Origin: Demequina lutea
GTDB taxonomy: Bacteria > Actinomycetota > Actinomycetes > Actinomycetales > Demequinaceae
Assembly (NCBI GenBank): GCA_003246255.1
Contig: QKAX01000152.1
Coordinates: 19,099-83,098 of the forward strand
DNA: 64,000 nt
Reading direction: 5' to 3'
In this document: piece after piece, positions 49,813 to 59,054 of the stretch
How the letters are laid out: every line of letters starts with the position of its first letter
Numbering within the stretch: the first letter of the stretch is position 1
Notes under the pieces: generated by a model
What the model was told of the DNA's origin: nothing
Seen by the model: the letters and a program-made list of their open reading frames with translations, nothing else
The model's database searches: none
Translations under genes and position numbers: made by a program

Positions 49813-52800
49813 TTACACGGCCTCGCTGCTGAGGCGCTGGCTCACCACTGTGGTGACGCCGTCGCCACGCATCGTGACGCCATACAGGGCGTCCGCGACC
49901 TCCATGGTGCGCTTCTGGTGAGTGATCACGATGAGCTGAGAGTCGTCACGCAGCTCGCGAATAATGTCGAGCAGTCGACCCAGGTTGGTGTCGTCCAACG
50001 CTGCCTCGACCTCGTCCATGACGTAGAACGGGCTGGGGCGCGCCTTGAAGATCGACACGAGCAGCGCCACCGCCGTGAGCGAGCGCTCCCCGCCGGACAG
50101 CAGCGAGAGCCGCTTGACCTTCTTGCCCGCGGGACGTGCCTCGACCTCGATGCCCGTCTCCAGCATGTTCTTGGGGTCGGTGAGCACCAGGCGACCTTCG
50201 CCTCCGGGGAACAGCCGCGGGAAGACCACATCGAACGCGCGAGCGGTATCCGCGTAGGCCTCGGCGAAGATCTGCTCCACGCGCTGGTCGATCTCCGTCA
50301 CGATGTCCAGCAGATCCTCGCGCGACTTCTTGAGGTCGGCGAGCTGGTCCTGCAAGAACTTGTGCCGCTCCTCCAGCGCCGCGAACTCCTCCAGCGCGAG
50401 AGGGTTGACCTTGCCCAGCTGGCCCATGGCTCGCTCGGCGTGGCGCAGGCGCTTCTCTTGCAGCTCGCGCACGAACGGCTCGGTCGTCGCCTCGCCGTCC
50501 TCACCCACGACGGGAACGTCGCGCTGCGGCCCGAACTCCTCGACCAACTGTTCAGGGTCCATACCGAGCTCGTCGATGGCGCGCTGCTGCAGCTGCTCCA
50601 GGCGCACCTGCTGCTGCGCGCGAGCGACCTCGTCGCGGTGCGACTCGTCGGTGAGGCGATGGAGTTCGCCGGAGAGCTGGTCGGCCTCGGCTCTCACGCC
50701 AGCGAGGACACCCGTGCGCTCGGCGCGACGAGCCTCGACCTCGGCGCGCTTGTCGTCAGCCTTGGCCACCGCCTCGTCGATGCGCGGCATGGTCGCGGCG
50801 ATGCCGGCGATGACCTCGCGGGCGGCATTCGCCTGACGTTCCCGACGTTCGGCGGCCTCCTGCGCGCGGGCGCGCGCATCCTTCTCGGCTTCCACTGCGC
50901 GCTCGAGGCTCTCGGCGCGCGAGGCGAGTGCCCTTGCACGCTCCTCTGCCGTGCGCAACGCGAGCCGGGCTTCGGTCTCGCGGCCGCGCGCACGACGCGC
51001 GGCCTCCTCGTCCTCGTCGCGGCGCAGCTGAGCCGACTTGGTGTCGGCCTCGGTCTGCTCGGGCTCGGCCTGCGCGGCCGTCAGGCGCTCCACAAGACCC
51101 GCGAGGTCGGCCTGGTCAGCCGCAATGCGCTCGTGCGCCTGCTCGATCTGAGTGCCCAATCGCTCAGCGTCTGCGCGCGCGGCGCGCCCCGAGGCCGCGA
51201 ACTGGCCAAGCTGCTCCGCCACGGCGGCCATGCGCGCGTCGGACTCGTTCAGGCGAGTCAGCGTCGCATCGTGAATCTCGCGCGCAGCCTGCTCGGCCTC
51301 GGTGGCGGTCTTGAGCGCGAAGCGCCCCTTCTCCGCCGCGGCCGTTGCGCGGTCGCGTTGCGCGCACGCATCGTCGTAGGCGGCCTGCACGTGCATGATG
51401 CTCGGCGCGTCGCCCGCACCGCCCGACGCCGTTCGCGAGCTCAGCAGGTCTCCCCTGCGCGTCACGGCCTCGACCTCGGGGTGCGCGGCGACCAGCGCGC
51501 GAGCCGCGGCCAGGTCGTCGACCACGGCCACGCCGCTCAGGAACGAGCGCACGGCCGAGGTGATCGCATCGGCGCCTTCCACCAGGTCCGACGCCCACGC
51601 GGCGCCCTCGGGAAGGCTCACGGAGGGATTCGTGACGGTCGCCGCGGCGTCGCCCACCAGGAATCGGGCACGCCCGGCGTCCTCGTCGCGCAGCCAGCGA
51701 ATCGCGTCGACGGCGTCGTCCACCGAGTCCACAGCGAGAGCCTCGGCGAGCGGACCGAGCGCCGCCGCGATCGCGTCCTCAGCGCCATCGGCCACGGTCA
51801 CGAGCGACGCGACCGTGCCGCGCACAGCCCGCACACCCGCGGCGAGCAACTCGCCCGCGCCGTCCTTGCGCGCAAGCGACATGCTCAGCGCCTCGGCCTT
51901 TGCCGCCCACGTGGCCTCGTCGCGCTCTGCGGACCGCAGCGCCTCGCGCACGCGCTCCAGCTCCGCCTTGGCCTCCTCCCAGGCCTCGACAGCGCCCTCG
52001 TGTGCCGCGTCGAGGTCCTCCTCGCCGCGCTCCACGTCCACCACTGTGGTCTCGAGCCGCTGGAATTCGGTCGTGGCCTCATGCGCGCGCTGCTCGGCGG
52101 CCTCGAGGCCCTCGCGTAGGCGGCCGATCTCGGCCTCCATCGCCTCGATGCGTGACCTGCGAGCTGCGACGTTACCCGCGAGGCGCGCCACGCCCTCGCG
52201 GCGGTCGGCGACCGAACGCAGCAGGTTGGCGAGAGTCTTGGCGGAGGCCTCGGCGGTCGCCTCGGCCTCGCCACGAGCCGCGATCGCTGCCTCAAGACCT
52301 TCCGCGGCCTCGCGCACCTCGGCGTCGAGCTCCTCGCGCGCCACGTGCGCGCGCTCCAGTTGCTCGGCCATCTCTACGAGGTCGGTGATGGGCTGCGACT
52401 CGACGGCGGAGCCGAGCATGCGCACGCGCTCCTCGGCGAGCGCTCCCAGGTTGCGCAGGCGCTCCCTGATGGAAGAGAGGCGGTAGAAGATGTCGTTGGC
52501 CTTGCTGAGAGCCGGCGTCGCCTCAGCGGAGGCGCGCTCAAGATCAGCGAGCCGCGAGCGCGCTGCGGCCAGGGACTCCTCCACTGCTGCCCTGCGAGCG
52601 AGCAGCGCTGACTCATCTGCCTGATCCTTGGCGATCGCCTGCGACAGGGTGGCCACGTCGTCGGCCAGCAGCCGCGACCTCGCGTCGCGCACCTGCGCCT
52701 GAATAGTCTGCGCCTGCCGCGCCACCTCGGCCTGCTTGCCCAGCGGGCCAAGCCCGCGACGAATCTCGGCCGTGAGGTCCTGCACGCGCGTGAGGTTGCC

Positions 52801-53355
52801 CTGCATGGCGTCGAGCTTGCGCAGCGCCTTCTCTTTGCGGCGGCGATGCTTGAGGATGCCCGCGGCCTCCTCGATGAAGTGTCGGCGCTCCTCTGGCGTG
52901 GCGCGCAGCACCGCGTCGAGCTGGCCCTGGCCCACGATCACATGCATCTCGCGGCCGAGGCCCGAGTCGCTCAGCAGGTCCTGAATGTCCATGAGGCGGC
53001 ACGCGTTGCCGTTGATCGCATACTCGGAGCCGCCCGAGCGGAACAGCGTGCGGCTGATCGTCACCTCGGTGTACTCGATGGGCAGAGCGCCGTCCGAATT
53101 GTCGATGGTGAGCGACACCTCAGCTCGACCCAAGGGCGGGCGGCCGGAGGTGCCGGCGAAGATGACGTCAGCCATGTTGCCGCCGCGCAGGGTCTTTGCT
53201 CCCTGCTCACCCATCACCCACGCGAGCGCATCCACGACGTTCGACTTGCCGGAGCCGTTAGGCCCCACCACACAGGTGATACCAGGCTCAAACTCGAGCG
53301 TGGTCGCCGACGCGAACGACTTGAAGCCGCGAAGCGTCAGCGTTTTCAGATGCAT
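49813..53355 (-). CDS. smc: chromosome segregation protein SMC
   Basis: GPNGSGKSNVVDA Walker A, long coiled coils, hinge, LSGGERSLTAVALL signature, FYVMDEVEAALD Walker B. Confidence 0.97.
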   Translation of the reverse strand: MHLKTLTLRGFKSFASATTLEFEPGITCVVGPNGSGKSNVVDALAWVMGEQGAKTLRGGNMADVIFAGTSGRPPLGRAEVSLTIDNSDGALPIEYTEVTISRTLFRSGGSEYAINGNACRLMDIQDLLSDSGLGREMHVIVGQGQLDAVLRATPEERRHFIEEAAGILKHRRRKEKALRKLDAMQGNLTRVQDLTAEIRRGLGPLGKQAEVARQAQTIQAQVRDARSRLLADDVATLSQAIAKDQADESALLARRAAVEESLAAARSRLADLERASAEATPALSKANDIFYRLSSIRERLRNLGALAEERVRMLGSAVESQPITDLVEMAEQLERAHVAREELDAEVREAAEGLEAAIAARGEAEATAEASAKTLANLLRSVADRREGVARLAGNVAARRSRIEAMEAEIGRLREGLEAAEQRAHEATTEFQRLETTVVDVERGEEDLDAAHEGAVEAWEEAKAELERVREALRSAERDEATWAAKAEALSMSLARKDGAGELLAAGVRAVRGTVASLVTVADGAEDAIAAALGPLAEALAVDSVDDAVDAIRWLRDEDAGRARFLVGDAAATVTNPSVSLPEGAAWASDLVEGADAITSAVRSFLSGVAVVDDLAAARALVAAHPEVEAVTRRGDLLSSRTASGGAGDAPSIMHVQAAYDDACAQRDRATAAAEKGRFALKTATEAEQAAREIHDATLTRLNESDARMAAVAEQLGQFAASGRAARADAERLGTQIEQAHERIAADQADLAGLVERLTAAQAEPEQTEADTKSAQLRRDEDEEAARRARGRETEARLALRTAEERARALASRAESLERAVEAEKDARARAQEAAERRERQANAAREVIAGIAATMPRIDEAVAKADDKRAEVEARRAERTGVLAGVRAEADQLSGELHRLTDESHRDEVARAQQQVRLEQLQQRAIDELGMDPEQLVEEFGPQRDVPVVGEDGEATTEPFVRELQEKRLRHAERAMGQLGKVNPLALEEFAALEERHKFLQDQLADLKKSREDLLDIVTEIDQRVEQIFAEAYADTARAFDVVFPRLFPGGEGRLVLTDPKNMLETGIEVEARPAGKKVKRLSLLSGGERSLTAVALLVSIFKARPSPFYVMDEVEAALDDTNLGRLLDIIRELRDDSQLIVITHQKRTMEVADALYGVTMRGDGVTTVVSQRLSSEAV

Positions 53356-53416
53356 GTGGCGAGTCTAGGGGACGCGCGCGATCCCACCGGGGCCCGGCGG
53401 ACAACGCGGGACGCCG

Positions 53417-54010
53417 CTAGGGCTGGATGGGGTCCAGATCGGCGCCGGGCACCTCGGGATGGTGTGCATGCGCGTCGGCAAGCAACACCTGACGCTTGGC
53501 GCCCCAGTAGTCCATGATCGCAAAGAGGACGCCCGAGAGCACAAAGGTGAAGTGCAGGCCGATCCGCCACGCGATCGACGTGTAGTCGGCATCCTCACCC
53601 TTGCCGTCGATGGCCACAAAGTCCTTCAACAGCAGGATCACGGAGATCGCGACGAGCGAGCCGATCAGCTTCATCTTGAGGCCGGAGAAGTCCACATGGC
53701 CCATCCACGAGGGACGATCCTCATTGCCCTTCGCCGCCTCGATCTTTGACACGAAGTTCTCGTAGCCGGCGAAGATCACAATCACGACGAGGTTGCCCAG
53801 CAGGGCAATATCGATGAGCGACAGGATCGCCACGGTGATCTCGTCGGCTTCTGCCTCCAGCGAGAAGTCGGCGATGAGATGCCACAACTCGATGAAGAAC
53901 TTGACGAGGACCACGCCGAGGCCTGCCACGAGCCCCACGTACATGGGTGCAAGCAGCCACCGGGTCGCAAAGAGTCCACGCTCGAGGGCGTGCTCAGCTG
54001 AGGTGCGCAT
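53417..54010 (-). CDS. UPF0114 (YqhA) family membrane protein
   Basis: RWLLAPMYVGL...ILSLIDIALLGNLVVIV...GLKMKLIGSLVAIS pattern typical of YqhA. Confidence 0.7.
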   Translation of the reverse strand: MRTSAEHALERGLFATRWLLAPMYVGLVAGLGVVLVKFFIELWHLIADFSLEAEADEITVAILSLIDIALLGNLVVIVIFAGYENFVSKIEAAKGNEDRPSWMGHVDFSGLKMKLIGSLVAISVILLLKDFVAIDGKGEDADYTSIAWRIGLHFTFVLSGVLFAIMDYWGAKRQVLLADAHAHHPEVPGADLDPIQP

Positions 54011-54033
54011 GGGGTACGCCGAGTCCGTTCTTC

Positions 54034-54456
54034 TTAGGCGAGGCCTGGGAACCAGATAGCGATCTCGCGCGCGGCGGACTCAGGACTGTCCGAACCGTGC
54101 ACGATGTTCTGGATCACCTTGGTGGACCACTGCCGCGCGAGGTCTCCGCGGATGGTGCCGGGCGCCGCGACAGTCGGGTCGGTTGCACCAGCGAGCGACC
54201 GGAAGCCCTCGATCACGCGCTCACCCTCTGCCACCACCGCGAGCGACGGTCCTGAGGACATGAATTCCACCAGCGACTCGTAGAACGGCTTGCCGATGTG
54301 CTCCTCGTAGTGCTTCGCGAGCAGCTCCTCCGTGGCGGTGCGCATCTCCACCGCCACGAGCGAGTACCCCTTCGCCTCAATGCGGCGAAGAACCTCGCCG
54401 CTGAGTCCGCGCTTGACGCCGTCGGGCTTGACAAGGATCAGGGTGCGTTCAGTCAT
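54034..54456 (-). CDS. ndk: nucleoside-diphosphate kinase
   Basis: [12 protein letters not shown]..., NIVHGSDS active-site His motif. Confidence 0.96.
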   Translation of the reverse strand: MTERTLILVKPDGVKRGLSGEVLRRIEAKGYSLVAVEMRTATEELLAKHYEEHIGKPFYESLVEFMSSGPSLAVVAEGERVIEGFRSLAGATDPTVAAPGTIRGDLARQWSTKVIQNIVHGSDSPESAAREIAIWFPGLA

Positions 54457-54511
54457 GGTGCGAGCCTATAGGTCGCGGCGTTGCTGCGGAACGGCATGCC
54501 AGGATGGGCAC

Positions 54512-55018
54512 ATGATCACGCTCGACGACTTTGACACGTACCCCGACTTTCCCGTCGAGGGCATCCTGTTCTACGACATCGCGCCGATCCTGGCGTCGCC
54601 CGAGCGGTTCCGCGCCGCGTGCGACGCTCTCACCCCGTCGTCGAGCGAGCCGGTGGACCTCATCGCGGGGGTCGATGCCCGCGGCTTCATCTTTGCTCCC
54701 GTCATCGCTCAGGACCTCGGGGTGGGGATGACGATGGTGCGCAAGAAGGGCAAGCTTCCAGGCGACCTATTGGAGGCCGACGCCACGATCGAGTACGGCG
54801 CGTCGGAGCTAGTGATCAACCCGGCAGGCGTCGAGGGCAAGCACGTGCTTGTCGTAGACGACGTGCTTGCCACAGGCGGCACGGCTCTTGCGGTCGCGTC
54901 GATGTTGGGTCAGGCCGGCGCCGCCTCGGTGTCATTCGCGTTCCTGCTCGAGATCGGCGCGCTTCCGGGCCGCGACGTGCTCGCCGCCTACGCGGTGCAC
55001 TCGGCAGTCGTGGTCTGA
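54512..55018 (+). CDS. apt: adenine phosphoribosyltransferase
   Basis: FPVEGILFYDI, GVDARGFIF and VLVVDDVLATGGTA PRPP-binding motifs. The ATG at 54512 avoids overlapping ndk. Confidence 0.92.
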   Translation: MITLDDFDTYPDFPVEGILFYDIAPILASPERFRAACDALTPSSSEPVDLIAGVDARGFIFAPVIAQDLGVGMTMVRKKGKLPGDLLEADATIEYGASELVINPAGVEGKHVLVVDDVLATGGTALAVASMLGQAGAASVSFAFLLEIGALPGRDVLAAYAVHSAVVV

Positions 55019-55033
55019 GCGCCCTCGCGGCGT

Positions 55034-55525
55034 CTAGGGCGCCTGCTGGGCCGCCTCGACGCCCACCGGCTTGTAGCCCGGCGACCACCTGGCCGCGAGC
55101 AGGACGAGCGGCACGAGGACGAGCGATGCCGCGACGATTTGAAACGACACGTAACCCCAGTTCACGCTGAGAGGTACCACCTGCTGGGCTCGCAGCCAGC
55201 CGGAGTGAGTGGCGAGCGCCCACAGCATGAGGCCGCCGCCGAACAGCAAAATGAGGATGAGCGCCCACGGCGGCATCTGGGGGGTCTTGGGGTGCTCGCG
55301 CAGGTACTCGGACCAGTGAGCCAGCGCAAAGAACGAGGCAAGGAACACCAGTGAGAGCCCCACGAAGAGTGACACTGTCACGCTCAGCGGGGCCACACCA
55401 TCGTCCTCACCCAGCGACGTCGCAAGATTGATCAGCGACAGCCGCTCCAGGGAGTAGAACGCCATCGCGAGGCCCAGCAACCCCGCCGCCAGCCGCGCGG
55501 CCATTCCCCACATGAAACGGCTCAT
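55034..55525 (-). CDS. hypothetical polytopic membrane protein
   Basis: Four to five hydrophobic segments. The ATG at 55525 overlaps the upstream TGA (ATGA). No recognisable family. Confidence 0.6.
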   Translation of the reverse strand: MSRFMWGMAARLAAGLLGLAMAFYSLERLSLINLATSLGEDDGVAPLSVTVSLFVGLSLVFLASFFALAHWSEYLREHPKTPQMPPWALILILLFGGGLMLWALATHSGWLRAQQVVPLSVNWGYVSFQIVAASLVLVPLVLLAARWSPGYKPVGVEAAQQAP

Positions 55526-55947
55526 GACTCTCCTGCCTCGGCTGCGGCCCGCTCGGCCCGCTCGCGATCGATGCGAGCCCCCCACCGCACGCCAAGCGCG
55601 TAGACGCCCAGGAACACGATGCCTACGAAGGCGATGCTCGGCACCCAGAACCCTCCGGCAATCAGGGGAAGGTGCAGGGCCCAGCCTAGCCACCTGCCCC
55701 ATCGGGCCGACGCTCGGGCCGAGGCGAGAGCAAACAGGGCGGCAAGCATCATGCCCGCGAGCCAGATGACTCCTGGCGCGATGTCGACAGTGCCACCTCG
55801 GCTGAGGCCCCATGTCACCAGCGTGGCAAAGAAGGTGGCGAGCGACTCGAGCAGCAGCGTGGTCTGCGTGAAGATCGCGAGCGCCGATCGCTGGGGGCGA
55901 GACCCCGCCGTGGCGGCCGCGCCGTGAACTGCGGGGGTGTCAGTCAT
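55522..55947 (-). CDS. DUF4233-like membrane protein
   Basis: Small four-TM protein directly after folC, in the same position as the mycobacterial folC-DUF4233-ndk arrangement. ATGA overlap with the folC stop. Confidence 0.65.
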   Translation of the reverse strand: MTDTPAVHGAAATAGSRPQRSALAIFTQTTLLLESLATFFATLVTWGLSRGGTVDIAPGVIWLAGMMLAALFALASARASARWGRWLGWALHLPLIAGGFWVPSIAFVGIVFLGVYALGVRWGARIDRERAERAAAEAGES

Positions 55948-57338
55948 CGTCCGACTCCAGGGGTGCGGGGGCGATCGGCGCCAAACAGAATGCGCGTCTC
56001 AGCGACGAGGGTGATCGAACCCACCACGAGCACTCCTGCGCCCATGTCGGCCTCTGACTCGGAGCGCTGAACCGCCGCGTCGATAGCGCTGGGAAGGTTC
56101 GGCTCGACGATGACGCGGTCCTCGCCAAAGTGCCGCACCGCGATCTCGCCCAGTTCGTCAGCGGGGATCGCGCGCGGCGACGCCGACTGCGTGATCACCA
56201 CGGAGTCGAGGAAGCCCTCGAGACCAGCAAGGATCCCGTCGGCGTCCTTGTCCTCGAGGATGCCCACCACGCCGGCGAGGTGTTCAAAGGTAAAGGACTC
56301 CTCGATGGCATCGGCGAGCGCATCGACACCGTGCGGATTGTGGGCGGCGTCGACGATCACAGTGGGCGAGGTCCGCACGATCTCGAGCCTGCCTGGGCTC
56401 GTGACCTGACCAAAACCCTGCTCCACGACGTTCGGGTCAAGCGAGCTCGACTCGCCGCCGTCGGCCATGAGCGCCTCCACCGCCGCAAGCGCGAGCGACG
56501 CGTTGCGCGCCTGGTGCGCGCCAAAGAGCGGCAGGAAGATGCCCTCGTAGACGGCCGCAGGCGAGCGCAACGTCAGCATCTGGCCGCCCACGCCCACCTG
56601 GCGCTCCATCACCTCAATGTCGCCACCCTCCCGGTGCACCACGCGAGCGGGACCCACAGCGGCGTCGATCACGTCCGCCGCCGCAGGTGACTGCTCGGCC
56701 AGGATCAGGTCGCAGCCGGGCTTGATGATGCCCGCCTTCTCGGCTGCGATGTCGGCGAGCGAGGAGCCAAGCCAGCGCTCGTGATCCATGGCAACCGGGC
56801 CGATCACGGCGACGGTGGCGTCGGCCACGTTCGTAGCATCCCACGTGCCCCCCATGCCCACCTCAATGACCGCGACGTCAACGGGAGCGTCGGCAAAGGC
56901 GGCGTATGCCAGCACGGTGAGCACCTCGAAGAAGCTCATGCGCGGGCCGCCATTCGCGGCCGAGCGGGCGTCAACAAGCTCGATGAGCGGTGCGACGTCC
57001 TGCCATACCTGCACGAACGCGGCACGGGTGATGGGCTCGCCGTCGATCTGAATCCGCTCGCGCACGCTTGTCAGGTGCGGTGACGTGAACAGTCCCGTGC
57101 GCAGGCCGAGGGCGCGCACGAGCGACTCGACCATGCGCGCGGTGGACGTCTTGCCATTGGTGCCCGTGAGGTGCACCACCTTGAACGCGAACTGCGGGTT
57201 GCCAAGAAGGTCGCACACCTCGCGCACCCGGTCGAGCGTCGGCTCAAAGTCGTGCTCGGGGTTACGGCTGAGGATATGCTGGTAGATGGCCTTCTCGGCG
57301 TCCTCGGGGGACAGTCCGCCGATGGTGAGATCGGTCAT
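55944..57338 (-). CDS. folC: folylpolyglutamate synthase/dihydrofolate synthase, copy 1
   Basis: VVHLTGTNGKTSTARM P-loop, GLFTSPHL, EVGMGGTWDATN, DAAHNPHG. Confidence 0.92.
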   Translation of the reverse strand: MTDLTIGGLSPEDAEKAIYQHILSRNPEHDFEPTLDRVREVCDLLGNPQFAFKVVHLTGTNGKTSTARMVESLVRALGLRTGLFTSPHLTSVRERIQIDGEPITRAAFVQVWQDVAPLIELVDARSAANGGPRMSFFEVLTVLAYAAFADAPVDVAVIEVGMGGTWDATNVADATVAVIGPVAMDHERWLGSSLADIAAEKAGIIKPGCDLILAEQSPAAADVIDAAVGPARVVHREGGDIEVMERQVGVGGQMLTLRSPAAVYEGIFLPLFGAHQARNASLALAAVEALMADGGESSSLDPNVVEQGFGQVTSPGRLEIVRTSPTVIVDAAHNPHGVDALADAIEESFTFEHLAGVVGILEDKDADGILAGLEGFLDSVVITQSASPRAIPADELGEIAVRHFGEDRVIVEPNLPSAIDAAVQRSESEADMGAGVLVVGSITLVAETRILFGADRPRTPGVGR

Positions 57339-57384
57339 ACGTCAAGTGTGGCACGTCGACGCCACGCGCCGACGCGACGAGCGC

Positions 57385-58791
57385 TCAGGCGGCCACAGGC
57401 GAGTTCGCGTCTCCGGCGGCGTCGGTGCCGGTGGTCTCGGCCGGCGTGAGCACTGCCCGCACCTCTCCCACAAGGGTGATGGAGCCAGTGCACAGCACGG
57501 CGCCGCTGGGTCCCGCGAGCTCGACGGCTCGCGCGAGCGCCTCGTCCACGCTGAGAGCCTCGGTGACGCGGGCATCGCCAAACGCCTCGCGCGCAAGGTC
57601 TCCCAGTTCGTGCGGCTCCATCGCACGAGGCGATGACGTGCGCGTCACCACGACAGCATCGACCAGCGGCTCGATGCCCGCCAAGATGCCGGCGCCATCC
57701 TTGTCACTGAGCACCGCGATGACACCCACCAGGGCGCGCTCCCCCACCGTCTCCCTCAACGAGGCAGCAAGTGCGGAAATGCCATGCGGGTTGTGGGCGG
57801 CGTCCACGAGCACCATCGGCGATGTCGCCACCTGCTCCATGCGCCCGGGCGACGAGGCATTGGCAAAGCCCTCGCGCACGCGCTCGATGGGGAGCTCGCG
57901 CGGGATGCCGTGGCCCAAGAACGCCTCGGTGGCCGCGATCGCCGTGAGGGCGTTCTGTGCCTGGAAGTCTCCGTGCATCGGCACCTCGACGTCGGCGTAC
58001 GTGGCCGCCGCCGTGCGGAGGGTCAAGGTTTGGCCGCCGGCATGCGCCTCGCGCGCCTCAACCGACATGTGCGCGCCCTCCCACAGCAGCGAGGCATGCC
58101 GCTTGCGAGCGGCGGCGGTGATCACCACCGCCGCCTCGTCCACCTGCAGCGCGCTCACCACTGTGGCGTGAGACTTGATGATGCCGGTCTTCTCGAGCGC
58201 CACTCCCGTCACAGAGTCGCCAAAGTACGCGGTGTGGTCGAGACCCATGGGCGTGAGGACGGCGACCTCGCCATCCACCACGTTGGTGGCATCGCGTCGG
58301 CCACCGATTCCCACCTCGACCACAGCGCCGTCAACGCGAGCATCGGCAAAGGCGACGAGACCCAGCACCGTGAGCACCTCGAAGAAGCTCATACGCGGCC
58401 CACCAATGCGCAGCGAATAGGTATCGACGCGATGAATCACCGGTGCCACGCGCTGCCACAGCTCCACGAGGGCCTCCTGGCCAAGCGGTGCGCCGTCGAT
58501 CTGGATCCGCTCGCGGAGGCTGTGCAGGTGAGGCGACGTGAACAGCCCGGTGTGCAGCCCGTGGGCGCGCAGCAGCGCCTCCGTCATGCGACTCGTGGAC
58601 GTCTTGCCGTTGGTGCCGGTGACGTGAACAATCCGCAACGAATCCTGCGGATCGCCCAGGTACGACAGCGCTCGCGACACGCGCCGAAGCTTCGATTCAT
58701 GGTCTCCCTCGGGCCGTCTGTCGAAGATGTGAGCGTGGATCTCACGCTCCGCGTCGGCAAGCGTCAACCCAGGGAAAAGGGGGGTGGTCAT
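57385..58791 (-). CDS. FolC-family Mur-ligase-type synthase, copy 2 (tandem paralog)
   Basis: IVHVTGTNGKTSTSRM, GLFTSPHL, EVGIGGRRDATN, DAAHNPHG. By eye it is roughly half identical to copy 1. Confidence 0.88.
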   Translation of the reverse strand: MTTPLFPGLTLADAEREIHAHIFDRRPEGDHESKLRRVSRALSYLGDPQDSLRIVHVTGTNGKTSTSRMTEALLRAHGLHTGLFTSPHLHSLRERIQIDGAPLGQEALVELWQRVAPVIHRVDTYSLRIGGPRMSFFEVLTVLGLVAFADARVDGAVVEVGIGGRRDATNVVDGEVAVLTPMGLDHTAYFGDSVTGVALEKTGIIKSHATVVSALQVDEAAVVITAAARKRHASLLWEGAHMSVEAREAHAGGQTLTLRTAAATYADVEVPMHGDFQAQNALTAIAATEAFLGHGIPRELPIERVREGFANASSPGRMEQVATSPMVLVDAAHNPHGISALAASLRETVGERALVGVIAVLSDKDGAGILAGIEPLVDAVVVTRTSSPRAMEPHELGDLAREAFGDARVTEALSVDEALARAVELAGPSGAVLCTGSITLVGEVRAVLTPAETTGTDAAGDANSPVAA

Positions 58792-59054
58792 GCGCCTATT
58801 GTGAGGCCTTCTCGGCCGGCGTCAAGACCGTCTTTCTTGACCATGCATCGAGCCCCCGTTACCCGCCATTTAGCAGGGATGATGCTCCGGTTCGGAGAGG
58901 AGATCGCACGCGGATGATAAGACACGAAAGTCGATGCTCTTGCACGCCGCCGAGCCCCCGTCGCGGCCGCTCCACGCGTGCGCCATTTGTCCGTTTTGTG
59001 GATGCCGTCACATCGGCGCTGCGCGCCAGCCCTCACGCCGCTAGGGTGGCCCCC

